Part shown: positions 13,841-21,602 of the stretch, piece after piece
Numbering within the stretch: position 1 is the stretch's first letter
Layout of the letters: the number at the start of each line of letters is the position of its first letter
Source: Candidatus Micrarchaeota archaeon
GTDB lineage: Archaea > Micrarchaeota > Micrarchaeia > Anstonellales > Bilamarchaeaceae
NCBI GenBank assembly: GCA_040754495.1
Contig: JBFMCO010000064.1
Location: forward strand, 1 to 21,602
DNA length: 21,602 bases
Direction: 5' to 3'
Position numbers and translations under genes: made by a program
The notes under the pieces: model-generated
Database searches by the model: none
Seen by the model: only the letters and a program-made list of their open reading frames with translations
Told to the model about the DNA's origin: nothing

Positions 13841-13856
13841 TTTAGGCACACCTAAA
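13841..13856. promoter_or_regulatory. Candidate DtxR-family operator TTTAGG-CACA-CCTAAA
   Basis: Perfect 6-bp arms directly upstream of TATA-like ATTAAATA and the 13890 gene. Confidence 0.65.
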
Positions 13857-13889
13857 CCATTAAATATTTACCTTGTTTTCCTAAGCACG

Positions 13890-15503
13890 GTGATGTTGAT
13901 GCGTGGTATCCTTTACCTACTATTGGCCTCGCTCCTGCTTGCAGGATGCTACTCGCCTCCGGCAGCCCAGAGCGGCGGGACGGGCAGGGTCGTTTTCACG
14001 ATAGCGGATGCGGCGGCGGACATGGGGGCGGTGAGCAGCATCAAGGTGACCGTCGACAGCGTCAGCGTGCACAGCGCATCCAAAGGCTGGGTGACCGTAT
14101 CGTCGACGCCAAAGACGTACGACCTAATGGAACTGAGGGCGTCCGCGGAGCGGTCGCTCCTTGCCGACGCGCAGCTCGATTCAGGCGAGTACCAGCAGAT
14201 GAGGCTGCAGATTTCGAAAGTTCTGGTGGCAGACGCCAGCGGGACTCATGAAGCCAAGCTGCCCTCTGGCGAGATGAAAATAACGGGCGGGTTTAACGTC
14301 ACGCCTGATTCGACCTCCACTGCGACATTCGATATCTCGGCAGACGAATCGCTCCATGTTACCGGCGACGGCCAGTACATCCTGGCGCCCGTGATAACTG
14401 TGGAGACCAGGGAGAACGCAAGCGCGGTTGTGGAGAGCGATGTCCGCGTGAAGATAAGCGGAGGCAGCGTGCGCACAAGCACAAGGGTCGGGATGGACGA
14501 GAAGGGCAACGTAGGCCCGGGTCTCAAGATACCTGCCGGCGCTTCGGTGTCAATCTCTGGCGGCGTCATAAGCATCACCCCGCCCGGCATTAACGTAACG
14601 GGCAAAGGGAAAATCGTAGTCGGCATAACAGACGCTGCCGCCAACATGAGCGCGGTGGAAAAGATAAAGGTCACCGTGGATAATGTGATGGTCCAGGACT
14701 CAGGCGGCGGCTGGGTTACTGTCTCTTCAGAGCCAAAGACGTTCGACCTGCTGGAGTTGCGGGACGAGGGCGCGACCGAGCTTTATGCCGAGGCCGAAAT
14801 CCCGGAGGGCGATTACAACCAGATACGGCTGGACATCTCGAACGTAGTCGTCACGGATTCCTCGGGCGACCACGAGGCCATGCTGCCATCCGGCGAGCTG
14901 AAGGTCATCGGCGACCTGAGCGTGAAGGAGGGCGAAACCTCCACCGCGACGTTTGACTTCATCGCGGACGAATCCCTCCATACGACCGGCAATGGCACGT
15001 ACGTCCTCGCTCCGGTCGTGAAGGTGGAGACGAGGGATGATGCGGCCGTAGAGGAAGAGGCCGGCGCAAGAATCAAGGTGAAGGGCGGAAAAATCAAGAC
15101 GAACGTCACCGTCGGCATGGACGCGGGCGGCAATGTGGGCGTCGGGCTCAGGATTCCGGCCAGCGCGGCGGTCTCCATAAGCGGGGGCGTCATCGTCGTG
15201 ACGCCGCCGAAAGGCGACGGTACCATAATAGACGTGGGCGGCGTGGTCGGAGGGGGCTCTTCGCCTTCGGTGACCATACAGGATTTCGCTTTCAGCCCTG
15301 CGGACCTGACTGTGAGCAAGGGCACGACCGTAACCTGGACGAACCAGGACAACGCGCCGCACAGCGTGATATTCGGAGACGGAATAGTCTCGCCGACGCT
15401 GGGCAAGGGGCAAAGCTATAGCCGCACTTTCGATGAGGAAGGGGAGTTCTCCTACTCGTGCGGCATCCACACCTCGATGAGCGGCAGGATAGAGGTCTCT
15501 TAG
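13890..15503 (+). CDS. Lipoprotein: two DUF4382-like domains plus C-terminal cupredoxin (plastocyanin-like) domain
   Basis: Lipobox LLAGC; duplicated TD/ADAAA..V..V.V...TFDLxEL...Y.QxRL.I...LPSGExK...FD..ADESLH.TG.G.YxLAPV; type-1 Cu ligands PH...CGIHTSM. Confidence 0.85.
   Translation: MMLMRGILYLLLASLLLAGCYSPPAAQSGGTGRVVFTIADAAADMGAVSSIKVTVDSVSVHSASKGWVTVSSTPKTYDLMELRASAERSLLADAQLDSGEYQQMRLQISKVLVADASGTHEAKLPSGEMKITGGFNVTPDSTSTATFDISADESLHVTGDGQYILAPVITVETRENASAVVESDVRVKISGGSVRTSTRVGMDEKGNVGPGLKIPAGASVSISGGVISITPPGINVTGKGKIVVGITDAAANMSAVEKIKVTVDNVMVQDSGGGWVTVSSEPKTFDLLELRDEGATELYAEAEIPEGDYNQIRLDISNVVVTDSSGDHEAMLPSGELKVIGDLSVKEGETSTATFDFIADESLHTTGNGTYVLAPVVKVETRDDAAVEEEAGARIKVKGGKIKTNVTVGMDAGGNVGVGLRIPASAAVSISGGVIVVTPPKGDGTIIDVGGVVGGGSSPSVTIQDFAFSPADLTVSKGTTVTWTNQDNAPHSVIFGDGIVSPTLGKGQSYSRTFDEEGEFSYSCGIHTSMSGRIEVS
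13983..15200 (+). repeat. Internal tandem duplication (~205-aa units, ~13983-14580 and ~14607-15200)
   Basis: Collinear protein similarity between the two halves; boundaries are approximate. Confidence 0.8.
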
Positions 15504-15546
15504 CCGCATGCCGTTTTCCTTTCTTTTTTCCCCGTAAGGGCGGAAT

Positions 15547-15561
15547 GAAAACCTTTTAAAT
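15547..15561 (+). promoter_or_regulatory. BRE+TATA promoter of the rpl7ae operon
   Basis: GAAAA-CC-TTTTAAAT ~100 nt upstream of ATG 15663. Confidence 0.55.
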
Positions 15562-15634
15562 CCGCCCAATCTAATTCTTCCTTACACTTTTTAGGAGTCA
15601 ATGCAGCCGAGCGCCATGCGCGAGGCGGGTTGAC

Positions 15635-15657
15635 CACCGATGAGAGAAATCGAGGTG
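15635..15657 (+). promoter_or_regulatory. K-turn in rpl7ae 5' UTR overlapping the SD
   Basis: CACC-GAU-GA-GA-GAAA-UC-GA-GGUG: C-stem, 3-nt bulge ending in U, tandem G.A/A.G pairs and a GAAA-capped NC stem. Confidence 0.8.
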
Positions 15658-15662
15658 TAAGC

Positions 15663-16022
15663 ATGGGTTACGTAAATCTAGAGATACCGGCAGAACTGGT
15701 TCCGCAGATAATCGAGATGCTCTCCGTCGCCAAAGACGGCGGGAAGGTCAAGAAGGGCGTCAACGAGACCACTAAGGCCATCGAGCGCAAGAGCGCGCAG
15801 TTCGTGGTGGTCGCAGGCGACGTCACCCCCGAGGAGGTCGTGGTCCACATCCCGATGCTCTGCAAGGAGAGCGGCATCCCGTATGCATTCGTCCCGACGA
15901 AGAAGGACCTCGGGAGGGCTGTCGGCATCGAGGTAGGCACGTCCGCGGTCGCGGTGGAGAACGCCGGCGGGGCCGCAGAGAAGCTCCAGGACATAATCAA
16001 GAAGCTCCCGAAACCGAAGTGA
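15663..16022 (+). CDS. rpl7ae: Ribosomal protein L7Ae (eL8)
   Basis: [13 protein letters not shown]...[18 protein letters not shown] signature; start at ATG 15663 behind GAGGTG. Confidence 0.97.
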   Translation: MGYVNLEIPAELVPQIIEMLSVAKDGGKVKKGVNETTKAIERKSAQFVVVAGDVTPEEVVVHIPMLCKESGIPYAFVPTKKDLGRAVGIEVGTSAVAVENAGGAAEKLQDIIKKLPKPK

Positions 16023-16026
16023 TGAA

Positions 16027-16233
16027 ATGCCAGAAGGTTACCCGGCTGAGATTGTCGAAATCCGCGCCAAGACAGGCGTGTATGGGGAGATTTACCAGGT
16101 CCTCTGCAAGGTCCTCGAAGGCCCGGACGCGGGCAGGGTCATCCTGCGCAACGTCAAGGGGCCTGTGAAGAAAGGCATGGTCATCGTCCTGCTCGAGACC
16201 GACAGGGAGGCCAAGGAAATAAAGGCAAGGTGA
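16027..16233 (+). CDS. rps28e: Ribosomal protein S28e
   Basis: AEIVEI...TGVYGE..QV.CKVLEG...[12 protein letters not shown]. Confidence 0.96.
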   Translation: MPEGYPAEIVEIRAKTGVYGEIYQVLCKVLEGPDAGRVILRNVKGPVKKGMVIVLLETDREAKEIKAR

Positions 16234-16237
16234 AATC

Positions 16238-16462
16238 ATGCCAAACTGTTCGTTCTGCGACGGGCCCATCCTGAAAGGGACCGGCCTCATATACGTGAAG
16301 AAGGACGGCACGATCTACAACTTCTGCTCCAGCAAGTGCAGGAAGAACAATCTGGACCTCGGGCGCGAGGGCCGGAGGCAGAAGTGGACGCCGGCCGCGA
16401 GGAAGTTCCTTGAGCGCGAGGCCGCAAAGAAGGCTGAAGCGAAGGCGTCGAAGAAGGCGTGA
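16238..16462 (+). CDS. rpl24e: Ribosomal protein L24e
   Basis: CSFC...GTGLIYVKKDG..YNFCSSKC.KN...R..R..KWT. Confidence 0.96.
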   Translation: MPNCSFCDGPILKGTGLIYVKKDGTIYNFCSSKCRKNNLDLGREGRRQKWTPAARKFLEREAAKKAEAKASKKA

Positions 16463-16467
16463 TGATT

Positions 16468-16929
16468 ATGAAAGAGAGGACGCTCCTTCTCATCAAGCCG
16501 GACGCCATACAACGCGGCTTCGTCGGGGAAATAATCGCCCGTTTCGAGCGCAAGGGATTCAGGCTCGTAGGCATGAAGATGCTCCAGATGAGCAAGGAGC
16601 TTGCGAAGGAGCACTATTCGCACCTTGTGAGCAAGCCCTTCTATCCGGACCTTGAGAAATTCGTCACGACGCACCCGCTCGTGGCCGTCGTCATCGAGGG
16701 CAAGGAGGCGGTCGAGGTGACGCGGCTGATAGTCGGCCCCACGAACGCGTCCAAGGCCCCTGGAGGGACCATACGCGGCGATTTCTCGAACAGCACGTCG
16801 AGGAACGTGATACACGCTTCCGACTCGAAGGAGACCGCCGAAAAGGAAGTGCACCGCTTCTTCAAGCCGGCCGAGCTCTTCGACTACAAAGTGAGCAGCG
16901 GGCACTTCCTCTGCGCGCCGGACGAATGA
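16468..16929 (+). CDS. ndk: Nucleoside diphosphate kinase
   Basis: ERTLLLIKPDAIQRG, PGGTIRGDF and NVIHASDS active-site His; alternative starts at 16459/16462. Confidence 0.96.
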   Translation: MKERTLLLIKPDAIQRGFVGEIIARFERKGFRLVGMKMLQMSKELAKEHYSHLVSKPFYPDLEKFVTTHPLVAVVIEGKEAVEVTRLIVGPTNASKAPGGTIRGDFSNSTSRNVIHASDSKETAEKEVHRFFKPAELFDYKVSSGHFLCAPDE

Positions 16930-17337
16930 CTAATCCTTTCTTTTGACTTCCACAGAGGCCGAGCCCTGCCCTTCCACGACCCTTATGTCGAGGGGGACTT
17001 TGTTCCGCCCGCGCACGACAGATGCCTCGCCCGGAACGGCGAGCGTGAGCGTGCAGCTCTCCTGGAACCTTTTGCTGCCGCACGGCATGCTCAGATTGAC
17101 GCTCCTGACCGATTCGCCCTCGCAGTTCGCCTTGGCCCTGACGCTCACGCCACCGACCTGCATCGTGTCCTCGCGCAGGCCCCCGGCCTGGCAGGACAAT
17201 TCCGCCTTCTCCTGCGTCACTGCCGTTTGAGGCGTGCAAGCCATGAGCGGCGCCACAAGCAGGAATCCTGAAATCGCGGCAGCCCTTGCGCCTTTGCCCC
17301 CTGCGCTCCCCCTGTCCTCTAAAACAAGCCTCTTCAT
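16930..17337 (-). CDS. Hypothetical membrane-anchored/lipoprotein, beta-rich
   Basis: GAGGTG SD upstream; hydrophobic segment ending LMAC; paired Cys residues. Confidence 0.55.
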   Translation of the reverse strand: MKRLVLEDRGSAGGKGARAAAISGFLLVAPLMACTPQTAVTQEKAELSCQAGGLREDTMQVGGVSVRAKANCEGESVRSVNLSMPCGSKRFQESCTLTLAVPGEASVVRGRNKVPLDIRVVEGQGSASVEVKRKD

Positions 17338-17408
17338 GCTACCCCCCACCTCTGTTTGTTATAATAGGGTATTGTGGGGTCGGCTTATTAAATCCCGGCC
17401 CCCGGCGC

Positions 17409-18707
17409 TCAGGGATAGCATCTCGTTATGGTTCGCGGGAACGGTATCGCATCCCTGATGTGGTCGAGGTTGAGCATCCATTTCACGAAACGCTCCACTC
17501 CCAACCCAAAACCGGAATGGGGCACGCTCCCGTACCTGCGCAAATCCACGTACCACTGGTAGTCCTGCATGGCCTTGTCGAGGTTCTGCTCCTTCATCCT
17601 GGCAATCAGCTCCTCGTAATCCCAGATGCGCTCGCTCCCGCCAATGATTTCGCCGTGGCCCGCAGGCGCGAGGAGGTCCGCGTTCAGCACGGTCCCGGGC
17701 TTTTTCGGGTCCTCCCTCATGTAGAACGCCTTTATGTCCTTAGGGAAGTTGTGGACGAACATCGGCTTCACGGCCTCCTTCGTGAGGATCGCCTCCTCGT
17801 CGGCTCCGAAGTCCTGCCCCAACTCCATCTTCCCGCCAAGCTCGTTCACCCTGGCGACAGCCAACTCGTAGTCCAGCCTGTCGAATGGCACCTTCACCTT
17901 CTCCAAATCCAGCGGGTCCCTGCCGCAGGCCTTGAGGAGCTCCGGATGCTTCTTCACCATGCTGTCTACTGCGTACTGCACCATCCTCTCCTGCAGCTCC
18001 ATGTTCATCTTCTGGTCGAACCAGGCCATCTCGGGCTCAAGGTGCCAGTACTCGGCGAGGTGCCTGACGGTGCGCGATTTTTCGGCCCTGAAAGACGGCG
18101 CGAGCACATACACCTTGCCCAGGGAGAATACGAAGACCTCCGCGTACATCTGGGAACTCTGCGTGAGATACGCTTTGTCGCCGAAATAATCCATGCAGAA
18201 GAGCGTGCTCCCGCCCTCGCACCCGGATTTGGTGATGATGGGCGGCGCGATTTCGTAGAATCCCTCGTTGTCGAAGAACTCGCGAAGGTAGTTGACTATG
18301 AGGTGGCGGGCCTTCATGATGAAGGTCATCTTCTGCGACCGGACCCACAGGTGCCTTATGTCGAGGAGGTATTCCTCTGAGAGGTCCTTCGCTATGGGGA
18401 ACGGCTCGCCACGGAAAACAAGCTCGAATCCTGACGCCTGGAGTTCGAATCCGCCCGGCGCCCTCTCGTCCTTCCTCACGATGCCCCTGACGACAAGGGA
18501 GCTCTCGACATAAGCGTCGTTCGCGGCCTTCCAGTCCTTTTCAGGGACCTTGTCCTTCTTGATTGCCACCTGTATTATCCCGCTCTGGTCCCTCACGACC
18601 GCGAAGACCATGTTGCCGCTCGAGCGGTGGCGGTAAACCCAGCCCCTTACAGTGACCTCCGCGCCTTCCTTCCTCTCGGTGAAGATTGAGCTGATATCAG
18701 AAATCAT
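17409..18707 (-). CDS. asnS: Asparagine--tRNA ligase
   Basis: OB-fold GWVYRHRSSG, LLDIRHLWVR, YLTQSSQ, motif 2 FRAEKSRTVRHLAEYW and motif 3 PHSGFGLGVER. Confidence 0.93.
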   Translation of the reverse strand: MISDISSIFTERKEGAEVTVRGWVYRHRSSGNMVFAVVRDQSGIIQVAIKKDKVPEKDWKAANDAYVESSLVVRGIVRKDERAPGGFELQASGFELVFRGEPFPIAKDLSEEYLLDIRHLWVRSQKMTFIMKARHLIVNYLREFFDNEGFYEIAPPIITKSGCEGGSTLFCMDYFGDKAYLTQSSQMYAEVFVFSLGKVYVLAPSFRAEKSRTVRHLAEYWHLEPEMAWFDQKMNMELQERMVQYAVDSMVKKHPELLKACGRDPLDLEKVKVPFDRLDYELAVARVNELGGKMELGQDFGADEEAILTKEAVKPMFVHNFPKDIKAFYMREDPKKPGTVLNADLLAPAGHGEIIGGSERIWDYEELIARMKEQNLDKAMQDYQWYVDLRRYGSVPHSGFGLGVERFVKWMLNLDHIRDAIPFPRTITRCYP

Positions 18708-18751
18708 GGAAAATGTTAGCCACTAAAGGAATAAAAATAAATGTAAAACGC

Positions 18752-19156
18752 CTATCTGGGCAGGCCGCGGGTAACCTCTGCGGCCGCATCCCTTCTCACG
18801 GAAAGCTCCTCGAGTATGGCCCTCCGTCCGGACTCGTCGCACCGGCCGGCCATCTCGCGCGCGTCGCCCTCCCTTCCGAGCCGGGCGAACTTGAGGCCTG
18901 CCTCCCTGAACCTTCCCTCGCGCCTGTCAGTCTCGGCCTCGCTCAGGAGGTGCGCCCTGTCCCCGTCGCTGCTGCAGTCCCCTACTGCCCTGAAGCGGTC
19001 CGGGCATGCCTTGAGGCTCTCCACGAGCGTGCTGACGCTCCTGCGGTGGGCCTCCTGCCTCTGAATGTCCTTGTACGTGCCGTGGGCGACGAAAGCGCCA
19101 GCCCCCAGGCAGGCGGTTACCCCTCCGATTAGCAGCCAGTTGTGCTTCTTGACCAT
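18752..19156 (-). CDS. Hypothetical protein with N-terminal TM anchor and helical domain
   Basis: 134-aa ORF filling the asnS-tuf gap; AT-rich TATA-like stretch upstream. Confidence 0.6.
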   Translation of the reverse strand: MVKKHNWLLIGGVTACLGAGAFVAHGTYKDIQRQEAHRRSVSTLVESLKACPDRFRAVGDCSSDGDRAHLLSEAETDRREGRFREAGLKFARLGREGDAREMAGRCDESGRRAILEELSVRRDAAAEVTRGLPR

Positions 19157-19279
19157 AACGCTCCCGTTATATATGTCGCTGGAAGTGTTTAAAAATATAA
19201 CTAAATGGTCGTCCTCGCGGATGCTGGCCGCTCATGGAGAAGGGGAACGAAGAAAGATGAAAATAAGATTAAGAGAAAG

Positions 19280-20548
19280 TTACTGGACCTTCGGCTTGAC
19301 GTCGAGTACGACGCCGGCCGCGACCGTCTGGCCCATGTCGCGCAGCGCGAAGCGGCCGAGGGGCGGGAAGTCCTGGAACTTCTCTATGACCATGGGCTTG
19401 AGCGGCTGGACCTTGACCACCGCGACATCGCCGGTCTTGATGAAGTCAGGCTTGCCCATCGACTGGCCGGATTTCGGGTCCTTCTTCTCGACAAGCTCGG
19501 TTATCTTGCCGGCAAACTGCGCCGTGTGTATGTGGAACACGGGCGTGTAGCCTATCGAGATGGCAGTCGGGTGGTTGAGCACCACTATCTGGGCTGTGAA
19601 CTCCTCTGCCACGGTGGGCGGTGCGGACGCGGGGCCGATTACGTCGCCCCTCTTGATGTCCTTCTTGTCCACGCCCTTGAGGTTGAAGCCGACGTTGTCG
19701 CCGGGCTGGGCCTCAGGGAGCTCCTGGTGGTGCATCTCTATCTTCTTGACCTCGCCCTTCACGCCTGCGGGCATGACCACCACGTTGTCGCCGGGCTTGA
19801 GCTTGCCGGTCTCGACCCTGCCGACAGGCACTGTGCCGTGGCCGGTTATCGTGAAGACGTCCTGGACCGGCAGCCTGAGCGCCTTGTCCACGGGCTTCGG
19901 CGGGATCTTGAACGTGTCTACGACCTCTATGATTGTCGGGCCGTTGTACCAGGGCATGTTGGGGGATTTCTTCACGAGGTTGTCGCCGACGTAACCTGAG
20001 CAGGGAACGAACTGTATCTGCTCGGTCTTGTAGCCGATGCCCTTGAGAAGCTTCTCGACCTCTGCCCTCACCTTGTCGTACTCCTCCTTCTTGTAGCCGA
20101 CCGCGTCCATCTTGTTCATGTTGACCGCGAGCTGGCTGATGCCGAGCACCTTCGCAAGGAACGCGTGCTCCTTTGTCTGGGGCTGGATGCCGTCCTTGAC
20201 CGATACCTGGAGGACCGCAGCGTCGGCCTGGCTGGCACCCGTAATCATGTTCTTCACGAAGTCCCTGTGGCCAGGGGCGTCTATGATGGTGCAGTAGTAC
20301 TTGGGCGTCTCGAACTCCCTGTGCGCGATGTCTATCGTGACTCCGCGTTCACGCTCCTCCTTCAGCGCGTCCATGACGAACGCGAACTCGAAGGTGGCCT
20401 TGCCCACCTTGGCGGCCTCGTCCTTGAGCTTGTTGAGCGTCTGCTCGGATATGGCCCCGGTCTCGTACAGGATCCTACCAACACTGGTCGACTTACCAGA
20501 GTCGACATGCCCTATGAACACTAGGTTCAGGTGTTCTTTCTTCGCCAT
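19280..20548 (-). CDS. tuf: Translation elongation factor EF-1alpha
   Basis: [42 protein letters not shown] and [16 protein letters not shown]; start MAKKEHL at 20548 (alternative 20554). Confidence 0.98.
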   Translation of the reverse strand: MAKKEHLNLVFIGHVDSGKSTSVGRILYETGAISEQTLNKLKDEAAKVGKATFEFAFVMDALKEERERGVTIDIAHREFETPKYYCTIIDAPGHRDFVKNMITGASQADAAVLQVSVKDGIQPQTKEHAFLAKVLGISQLAVNMNKMDAVGYKKEEYDKVRAEVEKLLKGIGYKTEQIQFVPCSGYVGDNLVKKSPNMPWYNGPTIIEVVDTFKIPPKPVDKALRLPVQDVFTITGHGTVPVGRVETGKLKPGDNVVVMPAGVKGEVKKIEMHHQELPEAQPGDNVGFNLKGVDKKDIKRGDVIGPASAPPTVAEEFTAQIVVLNHPTAISIGYTPVFHIHTAQFAGKITELVEKKDPKSGQSMGKPDFIKTGDVAVVKVQPLKPMVIEKFQDFPPLGRFALRDMGQTVAAGVVLDVKPKVQ

Positions 20549-20662
20549 CTTCATAACCTCCTATTTACCATTAATTTTCTCTCTGACTGACCAACCTTTT
20601 AGAAAAAGGCATTTCTCATTTGGGGCGAGATGTTTTTAAATATTTCTCTGAGGCGGTTAGGC

Positions 20663-21016
20663 ATGCTGAAAATAAAGCGCGTATACGAGCTGGCCGGCCC
20701 GGGGGACGGCCTCCGCGTCCTTGTGGACCGCCTCTGGCCGCGCGGGCTCTCAAGGGACAAGGCGCAGATAGGGCTCTGGATGAAGGAAATCGCCCCTAGC
20801 GACGCCCTCCGAAAATGGTTCGGCCACGACCCTGTCCGCTGGGAGGGGTTCAGGAAGCGGTACCGGCTGGAGCTGGAGGGCAAGAAGGAAATGGCGCGGA
20901 TGCTCGCCCAAAAAGCCGCAGCAGGCAACGTAACGTTGCTTTTCGGGGCGAAGGATGCGGAGCGCAACCAGGCCGTAGTGCTGAACGAATTCATCGCGAA
21001 GATGATGAAAAAATAG
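20663..21016 (+). CDS. DUF488-family (YeaO-like) protein
   Basis: IKRVYE...DGLRVLVDRLWPRG...APSDALRKWFGHDP.RW..F..RY..EL; start at 20663 behind GAGGCGG. Confidence 0.9.
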   Translation: MLKIKRVYELAGPGDGLRVLVDRLWPRGLSRDKAQIGLWMKEIAPSDALRKWFGHDPVRWEGFRKRYRLELEGKKEMARMLAQKAAAGNVTLLFGAKDAERNQAVVLNEFIAKMMKK

Positions 21017-21215
21017 ACGAAGGGGGATGGTACACCCGAAGGCTCCATCCCGCCTCCCACTCAATTGAGGCTCCGCATCGCGGAGCGGAATTTCTGTTTG
21101 AAGCCACATATTTAAATTCCTGAATTTTCTCGCCTTGGAATCAAAACCACAAAAATTTCTTTTTGACCAAACCACCGATGGCTCGGTTTTAATAATTTGC
21201 CTTCTCATATCCCGC

Positions 21216-21602
21216 ATGGCCCAGTGGAAGAAAAGCGGAGCTGAAGACGGTAGGAACACCATTCTCATGATAGGCGTCCTCCTGGTCCTCATCGTCCTGG
21301 TCGGCGGAGGGCTTCTTTACATAATCACGCAGAAAGGCGGGACGGTCGAGCCCCCGCCGGTGCAGAACGAAACGCGGAAGCCCCCGCAGAACCTTTCAAA
21401 CCTCACGAATCTCACGAACGTCACCCCGCAATGCGACGATTCATGCATGCTCTCCCGGGCCGTGTCGGCCGGTAACGTCAGCGGATGCGGCCAGATATCA
21501 TCCGAAGCGCTCCGGCAGGACTGCTATGGACAGCTGTCCGGCGCTTATCTTGATGCCTGCAAGCTCGTGGGGGCCGAGGCGATGCGTGAATCGTGCATAA
21601 CG
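21216..21602 (+). CDS. Membrane-anchored Cys-repeat surface protein (runs off the 3' edge); not in ORF track
   Basis: TATA-like TTTTAATA ~25 nt upstream; MAQWKKSG...IGVLLVLIVLVGGGLLYII TM, N-sequon linker, then C..I.....RQDCY..L...C......RESC repeats. Confidence 0.8.
   Translation, partial: MAQWKKSGAEDGRNTILMIGVLLVLIVLVGGGLLYIITQKGGTVEPPPVQNETRKPPQNLSNLTNLTNVTPQCDDSCMLSRAVSAGNVSGCGQISSEALRQDCYGQLSGAYLDACKLVGAEAMRESCIT

Noticed and set aside
18441-18452. tRNA T-loop-like GTTCGAATCC
   Set aside because: The flanks do not form a T-stem, and it lies within asnS coding sequence.
1-21602. CRISPR array, transposase/integrase, rRNA or tRNA
   Set aside because: No regularly spaced identical DNA repeats or diagnostic motifs were seen; the repeats present are protein-level and diverged.

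Overview
Archaeal chromosomal window. The rpl7ae-rps28e-rpl24e-ndk cluster, EF-1alpha and archaeal-type AsnRS establish the domain. A DPANN, probably Micrarchaeota-like, origin is only inferred from the Cys-rich surface proteins and gene style. The left two thirds are a metal-homeostasis neighbourhood: ArsR + permease, DtxR/MntR + FTR1, ZIP, NikR and a DUF4382x2-cupredoxin lipoprotein. It also holds several small Cys/His proteins that the ORF track missed, a large disulfide-repeat surface protein and a GH-A-like lipoprotein. The right third is housekeeping. The most notable unexplained signals are: (i) a promoter-led ~285-nt structured RNA (2101-2383) with paired ends and an internal anti-Shine-Dalgarno, followed by an unannotated 52-aa very basic ORF; (ii) a dense hairpin array with minus-strand GNRA loops at ~8690-9260; (iii) a recurring TAGG-N4-CCT(A/T) DtxR-type operator at three promoters; (iv) a textbook K-turn over the rpl7ae ribosome-binding site. 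No CRISPR array, tRNA, rRNA or transposase was found.
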